From assembly GCF_009914755.1 (NCBI RefSeq), contig NC_060946.1: DNA of 64,000 nucleotides; one strand, written 5' to 3'. Position 1 is the stretch's first letter; each line of letters begins with the position of its first letter. The notes under the pieces are model-generated. The model saw only the letters and a list, made by a program, of their open reading frames with translations, was not told where the DNA came from and did no database searches. The position numbers and the translations under genes were made by a program. The DNA comes from the human T2T-CHM13v2.0 reference genome, Homo sapiens. Shown piece after piece: positions 11,401-24,800 of this stretch.

Positions 11401-14400
11401 ATATTCAACTCTGTGACTTGAATGCACATATCACAAAGAAGTTTCTGAGAATGCTTCTGTCGAGATTTTATATGAAGATGTTCCCGTTTCCAACGAAATC
11501 CTGAAATCTATCCAAATATCACCTCGCAGATTCTACAAAAAGAGTGTTTCAAAACTGCTCTGTAAAAAGAAAGTTTCAACTCTGTTACTTGAGTACACAC
11601 ATCACAAACAAGTTTCACAGAATGCTTCTTTCTAGCTTGTAGGGGAAGATATTCCCTTTATCACCATGGTCCTCAAACCGTCCGAAACGTCCACTTCCAT
11701 ATACTACAAAAAGAGCGTTTCAAACCTGCTCTAGGAAAGGCAATGTTCAACTCTGTGACTTGAATGCAGACATCACAGAGCAGTTTCTGAGAATGCTTCT
11801 GTCTAGATTTTATAGGAAGATATTCCCGTTTCCAACGAAATCTTCACAGCTATCCAAATATCCACTTGCAGATTCTACAAAAAGAGTGTATCAAAACTGC
11901 TCTGTCAAAAGGAAGGTTCTTCTCTGTTAGGTGAGTGCATACGTCATAAAGGAGTTTCTGAGAATGTTTCTGTCTAGTGGTTATGGGAAGATATTTGCTT
12001 TTTCACCGTAGGCCTCAGAGCGCTCCAAATATCCACTTGCACATACTACAAAAAGAGTGCCTCAAAGCTGCTCTCTGAAACGGAATGTTCAACTCTATGA
12101 GTTGAATGCAAACATCACAAAGACGTTTCTGAGAATGCTTCTGTCTAGATTTGATATGAAGATATTCCCGTTTCCAACGAAATCTTCAAATCTATCCAAA
12201 TGTCCACTTGCAGATTCAACAAAAAGTGTTTTTCAGAACTGCTCTATCAAAAGAAAGATCCACCTCTGTTAGCTGAGTTCACACATCACAAACAAGTTTA
12301 TGAGAATGCTTCTGTCTAGTTTTTATTTGAAGATATTTCCTTTCTCACCATAGACCTGAAAGCTGTCCTAATGTTCACTTCCAGATACTACAGAAAGAGT
12401 GTTTCAAAACTGCTGTACGAAAGGGAATGTTCAACTCTGTGACTTGAATGCACACATCACAAAGAAGTTTCTGAGGATGCTGCTGTCTACTTTTTATACG
12501 TAATCCCGTTTCCAACGAAATCCTCCAAGCTATCCAAATATCCACTTGCAGATTCCACAGAAAGACTGTTTCAAAACTGCTCTGTCAATAGAAAGGTACA
12601 ACTCTGTTAGCTGCGTGCATATATCCCAAAGAAGATTCTGAGATTGCTTCTGTCTAGTTTTTATGGGAAGATATTTCCCTTTTCACCGTAGGCGTCAAGG
12701 CGCTCCAAATGTCCACTTCCAGATACTACAAAAAGAGTGTTTCAAACCTACTCTGTGAAAGGGAATATTCAACTCTGTGACTTGAATGCACATATCACAA
12801 AGAAGTTTCTGAGAATGCTTCTGTCGAGATTTTATATGAAGATGTTCCCGTTTCCAACGAAATCCTGAAATCTATCCAAATATCACCTCGCAGATTCTAC
12901 AAAAAGAGTGTTTCAAAACTGTTCTGTAAAAAGAAAGGTTCAACTCTGTTAGTTGAGTACACACATCACAAACAAGTATCACAGAATGCTTCTTTCTAGC
13001 TTGTAGGGGAAGATATTCCCTTTATCACCATGGGCCTCAAACCGTCCGAAACGTCCACTTCCATATACTTCAAAAAGAGCGTTTCAAACCTGCTCTATGA
13101 AAGGCAATGTTCAACTCTGTGACTTGAATGCAGACATCACAGAGCTGTTTCTGAGAATGCTTCTGTCTAGATTTTATAGGATGATATTCCCGTTTCCAAC
13201 GAAATCTTCACAGCTATCCAAATATCCACTTGCAGATTCTACAAAAAGAGTGTATCCAAACTGCTCTGGCAAAAGGAAGGTTCTTCTCTGTTAGGTGAGT
13301 GCATACGTCATAAAGGAGTTTCTGAGAATGTTTCTGTCTAGTGGTTATGGGAAGATATTTGCTTTTTCACCGTAGGCCTCAGAGCGCTCCAAATATCCAC
13401 TTGCACATACTACAAAAAGAGTGCCTCAAAGCTGCTCTCTGAAATGGAATGTTCAACTCTATGAGTTGAATGCAAACATCACAAAGACGTTTCTGAGAAT
13501 GCTTCTGTCTAGATTTGATATGAAGATATTCCCGTTTCCAACGAAATCTTCAAATCTATCCAAATGTCCACTTGCAGATTCAACAAAAAGTGTTTTTCAG
13601 AACTGCTCTATCAAAAGAAAGATCCACCTCTGTTAGCTGAGTTCACACATCCAAACAAGTTTATGAGAATGCTTCTGTCTAGTTTTTATTTGAAGATATT
13701 TCCTTTCTCACCATAGACCTGAAAGCTGTCCTAATGTTCACTTCCAGATACTACAGAAAGAGTGTTTCAAAACTGCTGTACGAAAGGGAATGTTCAACTC
13801 TGTGACTTGAATGCACACATCACAAAGAAGTTTCTGAGGATGCTGCTGTCTACTTTTTATACGTAATCCCGTTTCCAACGAAATCCTCCAAGCTATCCAA
13901 ATATCCACTTGCAGATTCCACAGAAAGACTGTTTCAAAACTGCTCTGTCAATAGAAAGGTTCAACTCTGTTAGCTGCGTGCATATATCCCAAAGAAGATT
14001 CTGAGATTGCTTCTGTCTAGTTTTTATGGGAAGATATTTCCCTTTTCACCGTAGGCGTCAAGGCGCTCCAAATGTCCACTTCCAGATACTACAAAAAGAG
14101 TGTTTCAAACCTACTCTGTGAAAGCGAATATTCAACTCTGTGACTTGAATGCACATATCACAAAGAAGTTTCTGAGAATGCTTCTGTCGAGATTTTATAT
14201 GAAGATATTCCCGTTTCCAACGAAATCCTGAAATCTATCCAAATATCCCCTCGCAGATTCTACAAAAAGAGTGTTTCAAAACTGCTCTGTAAAAAGAAAG
14301 GTTCAACTCTGTTAGTTGAGTACACCCATCACAAACAAGTTTCACAGAATGCTTCTTTCTAGCTTGTAGGGGAAGATATTCCCTTTATCACCATGGGCCT

Positions 14401-16364
14401 CCAACCGTCCGAAACGTCCACTTCCATATACTACCAAAAGAGCGTTTCAAACCTGCTCTAGGAAAGGCAATGTTCAACTCTGTGACTTGAATGCAGACAT
14501 CACAGAGCAGTTTCTGAGAATGCTTCTGTCTAGATTTTATAGGAAGATATTCCCGTTTCCAACGAAATCTTCACAGCTATCCAAATATCCACTTGCAGAT
14601 TCTACAAAAAGAGTGTATCAAAACTGCTCTGTCAAAAGGAAGGTTCTTCTCTGTTAGGTGAGTGCATACGTCATAAAGGAGTTTCTGAGAATGTTTCTGT
14701 CTAGTGGTTATGGGAAGATATTTGCTTTTTCACCGTAGGCCTCAGAGCGCTCCAAATATCCACTTGCACATACTACAAAAAGAGTGCCTCAAAGCTGCTC
14801 TCTGAAACGGAATGTTCAACTCTATGAGTTGAATGCAAACATCACAAAGACGTTTCTGAGAATGCTTCTGTCTAGATTTGATATGAAGATATTCCCGTTT
14901 CCAACGAAATCTTCAAATCTATCCAAATGTCCACTTGCAGATTCAACAAAAAGTGTTTTTCAGAACTGCTCTATCAAAAGAAAGATCCACCTCTGTTAGC
15001 TGAGTTCACACATCACAAACAAGTTTATGAGAATGCTTCTGTCTAGTTTTTATTTGAAGATATTTCCTTTCTCACCATAGACCTGAAAGCTGTCCTAATG
15101 TTCACTTCCAGATACTACAGAAAGAGTGTTTAAAAACTGCTGTACGAAAGGGAATGTTCAACTCTGTGACTTGAATGCACACATCACAAAGAAGTTTCTG
15201 AGGATGCTGCTGTCTACTTTTTATACGTAATCCCGTTTCCAACGAAATCCTCCATGCTATCCAAATATCCACTAGCAGATTCCACAGAAAGACTGTTTCA
15301 AAACTGCTCTGTCAATAGAAAGGTTCAACTCTGTTAGCTGCGTGCATATATCCCAAAGAAGATTGTGAGATTGCTTCTGTCTAGTTTTTATGGGAAGATA
15401 TTTCCCTTTTCACCGTAGGCGTCAAGGCGCTCCAAATGTCCACTTCCAGATACTACAAAAAGAGTGTTTCAATCCTACTCTGTGAAAGGGAATATTCAAC
15501 TCTGTGACTTGAATGCACATATCACAAAGAAGTTTCTGAGAATGCTTCTGTCGAGATTTTATATGAAGATGTTCCCGTTTCCAACGAAATCCTGAAATCT
15601 ATCCAAATATCACCTCGCAGATTCTACAAAAAGAGTGTTTCAAAACTGCTCTGTAAAAAGAAAGTTTCAACTCTGTTACTTGAGTACACACATCACAAAC
15701 AAGTTTCACAGAATGCTTCTTTCTAGCTTGTAGGGGAAGATATTCCCTTTATCACCATGGTCCTCAAACCGTCCGAAACGTCCACTTCCATATACTACAA
15801 AAAGAGCGTTTCAAACCTGCTCTAGGAAAGGCAATGTTCAACTCTGTGACTTGAATGCAGACATCACAGAGCAGTTTCTGAGAATGCTTCTGTCTAGATT
15901 TTATAGGAAGATATTCCCGTTTCCAACGAAATCTTCACAGCTATCCAAATATCCACTTGCAGATTCTACAAAAAGAGTGTATCAAAACTGCTCTGTCAAA
16001 AGGAAGGTTCTTCTCTGTTAGGTGAGTGCATACGTCATAAAGGAGTTTCTGAGAATGTTTCTGTCTAGTGGTTATGGGAAGATATTTGCTTTTTCACCGT
16101 AGGCCTCAGAGCGCTCCAAATATCCACTTGCACATACTACAAAAAGAGTGCCTCAAAGCTGCTCTCTGAAACGGAATGTTCAACTCTATGAGTTGAATGC
16201 AAACATCACAAAGACGTTTCTGAGAATGCTTCTGTCTAGATTTGATATGAAGATATTCCCGTTTCCAACGAAATCTTCAAATCTATCCAAATGTCCACTT
16301 GCAGATTCAACAAAAAGTGTTTTTCAGAACTGCTCTATCAAAAGAAAGATCCACCTCTGTTAGC
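5456..16364. repeat. 3-HOR (24-monomer, 4,091-bp) tandem super-repeat, ~2.7 copies
   Basis: The 1-bp deletion catc(a)caaac > catccaaac occurs at ~5469, ~9560 and ~13651. The ccatgct/actagcag/ttgtgag cluster occurs at ~7073, ~11164 and ~15255, and aggtacaa at ~8507 and ~12598. All are spaced by 4,091 bp. Confidence 0.9.
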
Positions 16365-19300
16365 TGAGTTCACACATCACAAACAAGTTTATGAGAATGC
16401 TTCTGTCTAGTTTTTATTTGAAGATATTTCCTTTCTCACCATAGACCTGAAAGCTGTCCTAATGTTCACTTCCAGATACTACAGAAAGAGTGTTTCAAAA
16501 CTGCTGTACGAAAGGGAATGTTCAACTCTGTGACTTGAATGCACACATCACAAAGAAGTTTCTGTGGATGCTGCTGTCTACTTTTTATACGTAATCCCGT
16601 TTCCAACGAAATCCTCCAAGCTATCCAAATATCCACTTGCAGATTCCACAGAAAGACTGTTTCAAAACTGCTCTGTCAATAGAAAGGTTCAACTCTGTTA
16701 GCTGCGTGCATATATCCCAAAGAAGATTCTGAGATTGCTTCTGTCTAGTTTTTATGGGAAGATATTTCCCTTTTCACCGTAGGCGTCAAGGCGCTCCAAA
16801 TGTCCACTTCCAGATACTACAAAAAGAGTGTTTCAAACCTACTCTGTGAAAGGGAATATTCAACTCTGTGACTTGAATGCACATATCACAAAGAAGTTTC
16901 TGAGAATGCTTCTGTCGAGATTTTATATGAAGATATTCCCGTTTCCAACGAAATCCTGAAATCTATCCAAATATCCCCTCGCAGATTCTACAAAAAGAGT
17001 GTTTCAAAACTGCTCTGTAAAAAGAAAGGTTCAACTCTGTTAGTTGAGTACACACATCACAAACAATTTTCACAGAATGCTTCTTTCTAGCTTGTAGGGG
17101 AAGATATTCCCTTTATCACCATGGTCCTCAAACCGTCCGAAACGTCCACTTCCATATACTACAAAAAGAGCGTTTCAAACCTGCTCTAGGAAAGGCAATG
17201 TTCAACTCTGTGACTTGAATGCAGACATCACAGAACAGTTTCTGAGAATGCTTCTGTCTAGATTTTATAGGAAGATATTCCCGTTTCCAACGAAATCTTC
17301 ACAGCTATCCAAATATCCACTTGCAGATTCTACAAAAAGAGTGTATCAAAACTGCTCTGTCAAAAGGAAGGTTCTTCTCTGTTAGGTGAGTGCATACGTC
17401 ATAAAGGAGTTTCTGAGAATGTTTCTGTCTAGTGGTTATGGGAAGATATTTGCTTTTTCACCGTAGGCCTCAGAGCGCTCCAAATATCCACTTGCACATA
17501 CTACAAAAAGAGTGCCTCAAAGCTGCTCTCTGAAACGGAATGTTCAACTCTATGAGTTGAATGCAAACATCACAAAGACGTTTCTGAGAATGCTTCTGTC
17601 TAGATTTGATATGAAGATATTCCCGTTTCCAACGAAATCTTCAAATCTATCCAAATGTCCACTTGCAGATTCAACAAAAAGTGTTTTTCAGAACTGCTCT
17701 ATCAAAAGAAAGATCCACCTCTGTTAGCTGAGTTCACACATCACAAACAAGTTTATGAGAATGCTTCTGTCTAGTTTTTATTTGAAGATATTTCCTTTCT
17801 CACCATAGACCTGAAAGCTGTCCTAATGTTCACTTCCAGATACTACAGAAAGAGTGTTTCAAAACTGCTGTACGAAAGGGAATGTTCAACTCTGTGACTT
17901 GAATGCACACATCACAAAGAAGTTTCTGAGGATGCTGCTGTCTACTTTTTATACGTAATCCCGTTTCCAACGAAATCCTCCAAGCTATCCAAATATCCAC
18001 TTGCAGATTCCACAGAAAGACTGTTTCAAAACTGCTCTGTCAATAGAAAGGTTCAACTCTGTTAGCTGCGTGCATATATCCCAAAGAAGATTCTGAGATT
18101 GCTTCTGTCTAGTTTTTATGGGAAGATATTTCCCTTTTCACCGTAGGCGTCAAGGCGCTCCAAATGTCCACTTCCAGATACTACAAAAAGAGTGTTTCAA
18201 ACCTACTCTGTGAAAGCGAATATTCAACTCTGTGACTTGAATGCACATATCACAAAGAAGTTTCTGAGAATGCTTCTGTCGAGATTTTATATGAAGATAT
18301 TCCCGTTTCCAACGAAATCCTGAAATCTAGCCAAATATCCCCTCGCAGATTCTACAAAAAGAGTGTTTCAAAACTGCTCTGTAAAAAGAAAGGTTCAACT
18401 CTGTTAGTTGAGTACACACATCACAAACAAGTTTCACAGAATGCTTCTTTCTAGCTTGTAGGGGAAGATATTCCCTTTATCACCATGGGCCTCCAACCGT
18501 CCGAAACGTCCACTTCCATATACTACCAAAAGAGCGTTTCAAACCTGCTCTAGGAAAGGCAATGTTCAACTCTGTGACTTGAATGCAAACATCACAGAGC
18601 AGTTTCTGAGAATGCTTCTGTCTAGATTTTATAGGAAGATATTCCCGTTTCCAACGAAATCTTCACAGCTATCCAAATATCCACTTGCAGATTCTACAAA
18701 AAGAGTGTATCAAAACTGCTCTGTCAAAAGGAAGGTTCTTCTCTGTTAGGTGAGTGCATACGTCATAAAGGAGTTTCTGAGAATGTTTCTGTCTAGTGGT
18801 TATGGGAAGATATTTGCTTTTTCACCGTAGGCCTCAGAGCGCTCCAAATATCCACTTGCACATACTACAAAAAGAGTGCCTCAAAGCTGCTCTCTGAAAC
18901 GGAATGTTCAACTCTATGAGTTGAATGCAAACATCACAAAGACGTTTCTGAGAATGCTTCTGTCTAGATTTGATATGAAGATATTCCCGTTTCCAACGAA
19001 ATCTTCAAATCTATCCAAATGTCCACTTGCAGATTCAACAAAAAGTGTTTTTCAGAACTGCTCTATCAAAAGAAAGATCCACGTCTGTTAGCTGAGTTCA
19101 CACATCACAAACAAGTTTATGAGAATGCTTCTGTCTAGTTTTTATTTGAAGATATTTCCTTTCTCACCATAGACCTGAAAGCTGTCCTAATGTTCACTTC
19201 CAGATACTACAGAAAGAGTGTTTCAAAACTGCTGTACGAAAGGGAATGTTCAACTCTGTGACTTGAATGCACACATCACAAAGAAGTTTCTGTGGATGCT

Positions 19301-21820
19301 GCTGTCTACTTTTTATACGTAATCCCGTTTCCAACGAAATCCTCCAAGCTATCCAAATATCCACTTGCAGATTCCACAGAAAGACTGTTTCAAAACTGCT
19401 CTGTCAATAGAAAGGTTCAACTCTGTTAGCTGCGTGCATATATCCCAAAGAAGATTCTGAGATTGCTTCTGTCTAGTTTTTATGGGAAGATATTTCCCTT
19501 TTCACCGTAGGCGTCAAGGCGCTCCAAATGTCCACTTCCAGATACTACAAAAAGAGTGTTTCAAACCTACTCTGTGAAAGGGAATATTCAACTCTGTGAC
19601 TTGAATGCACATATCACAAAGAAGTTTCTGAGAATGCTTCTGTCGAGATTTTATATGAAGATATTCCCGTTTCCAACGAAATCCTGAAATCTATCCAAAT
19701 ATCCCCTCGCAGATTCTACAAAAAGAGTGTTTCAAAACTGCTCTGTAAAAAGAAAGGTTCAACTCTGTTAGTTGAGTACACACATCACAAACAAGTTTCA
19801 CAGAATGCTTCTTTCTAGCTTGTAGGGGAAGATATTCCCTTTATCACCATGGTCCTCAAACCGTCCGAAACGTCCACTTCCATATACTACAAAAAGAGCG
19901 TTTCAAACCTGCTCTAGGAAAGGCAATGTTCAACTCTGTGACTTGAATGCAGACATCACAGAACAGTTTCTGAGAATGCTTCTGTCTAGATTTTATAGGA
20001 AGATATTCCCGTTTCCAACGAAATCTTCACAGCTATCCAAATATCCACTTGCAGATTCTACAAAAAGAGTGTATCAAAACTGCTCTGTCAAAAGGAAGGT
20101 TCTTCTCTGTTAGGTGAGTGCATACGTCATAAAGGAGTTTCTGAGAATGTTTCTGTCTAGTGGTTATGGGAAGATATTTGCTTTTTCACCGTAGGCCTCA
20201 GAGCGCTCCAAATATCCACTTGCACATACTACAAAAAGAGTGCCTCAAAGCTGCTCTCTGAAACGGAATGTTCAACTCTATGAGTTGAATGCAAACATCA
20301 CAAAGACGTTTCTGAGAATGCTTCTGTCTAGATTTGATATGAAGATATTCCCGTTTCCAACGAAATCTTCAAATCTATCCAAATGTCCACTTGCAGATTC
20401 AACAAAAAGTGTTTTTCAGAACTGCTCTATCAAAAGAAAGATCCACCTCTGTTAGCTGAGTTCACACATCACAAACAAGTTTATGAGAATGCTTCTGTCT
20501 AGTTTTTATTTGAAGATATTTCCTTTCTCACCATAGACCTGAAAGCTGTCCTAATGTTCACTTCCAGATACTACAGAAAGAGTGTTTCAAAACTGCTGTA
20601 CGAAAGGGAATGTTCAACTCTGTGACTTGAATGCACACATCACAAAGAAGTTTCTGAGGATGCTGCTGTCTACTTTTTATACGTAATCCCCTTTCCAACG
20701 AAATCCTCCAAGCTATCCAAATATCCACTTGCAGATTCCACAGAAAGACTGTTTCAAAACTGCTCTGTCAATAGAAAGGTTCAACTCTGTTAGCTGCGTG
20801 CATATATCCCAAAGAAGATTCTGAGATTGCTTCTGTCTAGTTTTTATGGGAAGATATTTCCCTTTTCACCGTAGGCGTCAAGGCGCTCCAAATGTCCACT
20901 TCCAGATACTACAAAAAGAGTGTTTCAAACCTACTCTGTGAAAGCGAATATTCAACTCTGTGACTTGAATGCACATATCACAAAGAAGTTTCTGAGAATG
21001 CTTCTGTCGAGATTTTATATGAAGATATTCCCGTTTCCAACGAAATCCTGAAATCTATCCAAATATCCCCTCGCAGATTCTACAAAAAGAGTGTTTCAAA
21101 ACTGCTCTGTAAAAAGAAAGGTTCAACTCTGTTAGTTGAGTACACACATCACAAACAAGTTTCACAGAATGCTTCTTTCTAGCTTGTAGGGGAAGATATT
21201 CCCTTTATCACCATGGGCCTCCAACCGTCCGAAACGTCCACTTCCATATACTACCAAAAGAGCGTTTCAAACCTGCTCTAGGAAAGGCAATGTTCAACTC
21301 TGTGACTTGAATGCAAACATCACAGAGCAGTTTCTGAGAATGCTTCTGTCTAGATTTTATAGGAAGATATTCCCGTTTCCAACGAAATCTTCACAGCTAT
21401 CCAAATATCCACTTGCAGATTCTACAAAAAGAGTGTATCAAAACTGCTCTGTCAAAAGGAAGGTTCTTCTCTGTTAGGTGAGTGCATACGTCATAAAGGA
21501 GTTTCTGAGAATGTTTCTGTCTAGTGGTTATGGGAAGATATTTGCTTTTTCACCGTAGGCCTCAGAGCGCTCCAAATATCCACTTGCACATACTACAAAA
21601 AGAGTGCCTCAAAGCTGCTCTCTGAAACGGAATGTTCAACTCTATGAGTTGAATGCAAACATCACAAAGACGTTTCTGAGAATGCTTCTGTCTAGATTTG
21701 ATATGAAGATATTCCCGTTTCCAACGAAATCTTCAAATCTATCCAAATGTCCACTTGCAGATTCAACAAAAAGTGTTTTTCAGAACTGCTCTATCAAAAG
21801 AAAGATCCACCTCTGTTAGC
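16365..21820. repeat. 2-HOR (2,728-bp) tandem duplication
   Basis: tctgtggat at ~16565 and ~19293, cagaacag at ~17235 and ~19963, and gcaaacatcacagag at ~18588 and ~21316; each pair is offset by 2,728 bp. Confidence 0.85.
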
Positions 21821-24800
21821 TGAGTTCACACATCACAAACAAGTTTATGAGAATGCTTCTGTCTAGTTTTTATTTGAAGATATTTCCTTTCTCACCATAG
21901 ACCTGAAAGCTGTCCTAATGTTCACTTCCAGATACTACAGAAAGAGTGTTTCAAAACTGCTGTACGAAAGGGAATGTTCAACTCTGTGACTTGAATGCAC
22001 ACATCACAAAGAAGTTTCTGAGGATGCTGCTGTCTACTTTTTATATGTAATCCCGTTTCCAACGAAATCCTCCAAGCTATCCAAATATCCACTTGCAGAT
22101 TCCACAGAAAGACTGTTTCAAAACTGCTCTGTCAATAGAAAGGTTCAACTCTGTTAGCTGCGTGCATATATCCCAAAGAAGATTCTGAGATTGCTTCTGT
22201 CTAGTTTTTATGGGAAGATATTTCCCTTTTCACCGTAGGCGTCAAGGCGCTCCAAATGTCCACTTCCAGATACTACAAAAAGAGTGTTTCAAACCTACTC
22301 TGTGAAAGCGAATATTCAACTCTGTGACTTGAATGCACATATCACAAAGAAGTTTCTGAGAATGCTTCTGTCGAGATTTTATATGAAGATATTCCCGTTT
22401 CCAACGAAATCCTGAAATCTATCCAAATATCCCCTCGCAGATTCTACAAAAAGAGTGTTTCAAAACTGCTCTGTAAAAAGAAAGGTTCAACTCTGTTACT
22501 TGAGTACACACATCACAAACAAGTTTCACAGAATGCTTCTTTCTAGCTTGTAGGGGAAGATATTCCCTTTATCACCATGGGCCTCCAACCGTCCGAAACG
22601 TCCACTTCCATATACTACAAAAAGAGCGTTTCAAACCTGCTCTATGAAAGGCAATGTTCAACTCTGTGACTTGAATGCAGACATCACAGAGCAGTTTCTG
22701 AGAATGCTTCTGTCTAGATTTTATAGGAAGATATTCCCGTTTCCAACGAAATCTTCACAGCTATCCAAATATCCACTTGCAGATTCTACAAAAAGAGTGT
22801 ATCAAAACTGCTCTGTCAAAAGGAAGGTTCTTCTCTGTTAGGTGAGTGCATACGTCATAAAGGAGTTTCTGAGAATGTTTCTGTCTAGTGGTTATGGGAA
22901 GATATTTGCTTTTTCACCGTAGGCCTCAGAGCGCTCCAAATATCCACTTGCACATACTACAAAAAGAGTGCCTCAAAGCTGCTCTCTGAAACGGAATGTT
23001 CAACTCTATGAGTTGAATGCAAACATCACAAAGACGTTTCTGAGAATGCTTCTGTCTAGATTTGATATGAAGATATTCCCGTTTCCAACGAAATCTTCAA
23101 ATCTATCCAAATGTCCACTTGCATAATCAACAAAAAGTGTTTTTCAGAACTGCTCTATCAAAAGAAAGATCCACCTCTGTTAGCTGAGTTCACACATCAC
23201 AAACAAGTTTATGAGAATGCTTCTGTCTAGTTTTTATTTGAAGATATTTCCTTTCTCACCATAGACCTGAAAGCTGTCCTAATGTTCACTTGCAGATACT
23301 ACAGAAAGAGTGTTTCAAAACTGCTGTACGAAAGGGAATGTTCAACTCTGTGACTTGAATGCACACATCACAAAGAAGTTTCTGAGGATGCTGCTGTCTA
23401 CTTTTTATACGTAATCCCGTTTCCAACGAAATCCTCCAAGCTATCCAAATATCCACTTGCAGATTCCACAGAAAGACTGTTTCAAAACTGCTCTGTCAAT
23501 AGAAAGGTTCAACTCTGTTAGCTGCGTGCATATATCCCAAAGAAGATTCTGAGATTGCTTCTGTCTAGTTTTTATGGGAAGATATTTCCCTTTTCACCGT
23601 AGGCGTCAAGGCGCTCCAAATGTCCACTTCCAGATACTACAAAAAGAGTGTTTCAAACCTACTCTGTGAAAGCGAATATTCAACTCTGTGACTTGAATGC
23701 ACATATCACAAAGAAGTTTCTGAGAATGCTTCTGTCGAGATTTTATATGAAGATATTCCCGTTTCCAACGAAATCCTGAAATGTATCCAAATATCCCCTC
23801 GCAGATTCTACAAAAAGAGTGTTTCAAAACTGCTCTGTAAAAAGAAAGGTTCAACTCTGTTAGTTGAGTACACACATCACAAACAAGTTTCACAGAATGC
23901 TTCTTTCTAGCTTGTAGGGGAAGATATTCCCTTTATCACCATGGGCCTCCAACCGTCCGAAACGTCCACTTCCATATACTACCAAAAGAGCGTTTCAAAC
24001 CTGCTCTAGGAAAGGCAATGTTCAACTCTGTGACTTGAATGCAGACATCACAGAGCAGTTTCTGAGAATGCTTCTGTCTAGATTTTATAGGAAGATATTC
24101 CCGTTTCCAACGAAATCTTCACAGCTATCCAAATATCCACTTGCAGATTCTACAAAAAGAGTGTATCAAAACTGCTCTGTCAAAAGGAAGGTTCTTCTCT
24201 GTTAGGTGAGTGCATACGTCATAAAGGAGTTTCTGAGAATGTTTCTGTCTAGTGGTTATGGGAAGATATTTGCTTTTTCACCGTAGGCCTCAGAGCGCTC
24301 CAAATATCCACTTGCACATACTACAAAAAGAGTGCCTCAAAGCTGCTCTCTGAAACGGAATGTTCAACTCTATGAGTTGAATGCAAACATCACAAAGACG
24401 TTTCTGAGAATGCTTCTGTCTAGATTTGATATGAAGATATTCCCGTTTCCAACGAAATCTTCAAATCTATCCAAATGTCCACTTGCAGATTCAACAAAAA
24501 GTGTTTTTCAGAACTGCTCTATCAAAAGAAAGATCCACCTCTGTTAGCTGAGTTCACACATCACAAACAAGTTTATGAGAATGCTTCTGTCTAGTTTTTA
24601 TTTGAAGATATTTCCTTTCTCACCATAGACCTGAAAGCTGTCCTAATGTTCACTTCCAGATACTACAGAAAGAGTGTTTCAAAACTGCTGTACGAAAGGG
24701 AATGTTCAACTCTGTGACTTGAATGCACACATCACAAAGAAGTTTCTGAGGATGCTGCTGTCTACTTTTTATACGTAATCCCGTTTCCAACGAAATCCTC

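Noticed and set aside
23606-23893. 95-aa minus-strand ORF, the longest in the window
   Set aside because: Created by a private C>G change at ~23783 (aaatgtatcc) that removes a minus-strand stop codon in one HOR copy; a chance event.
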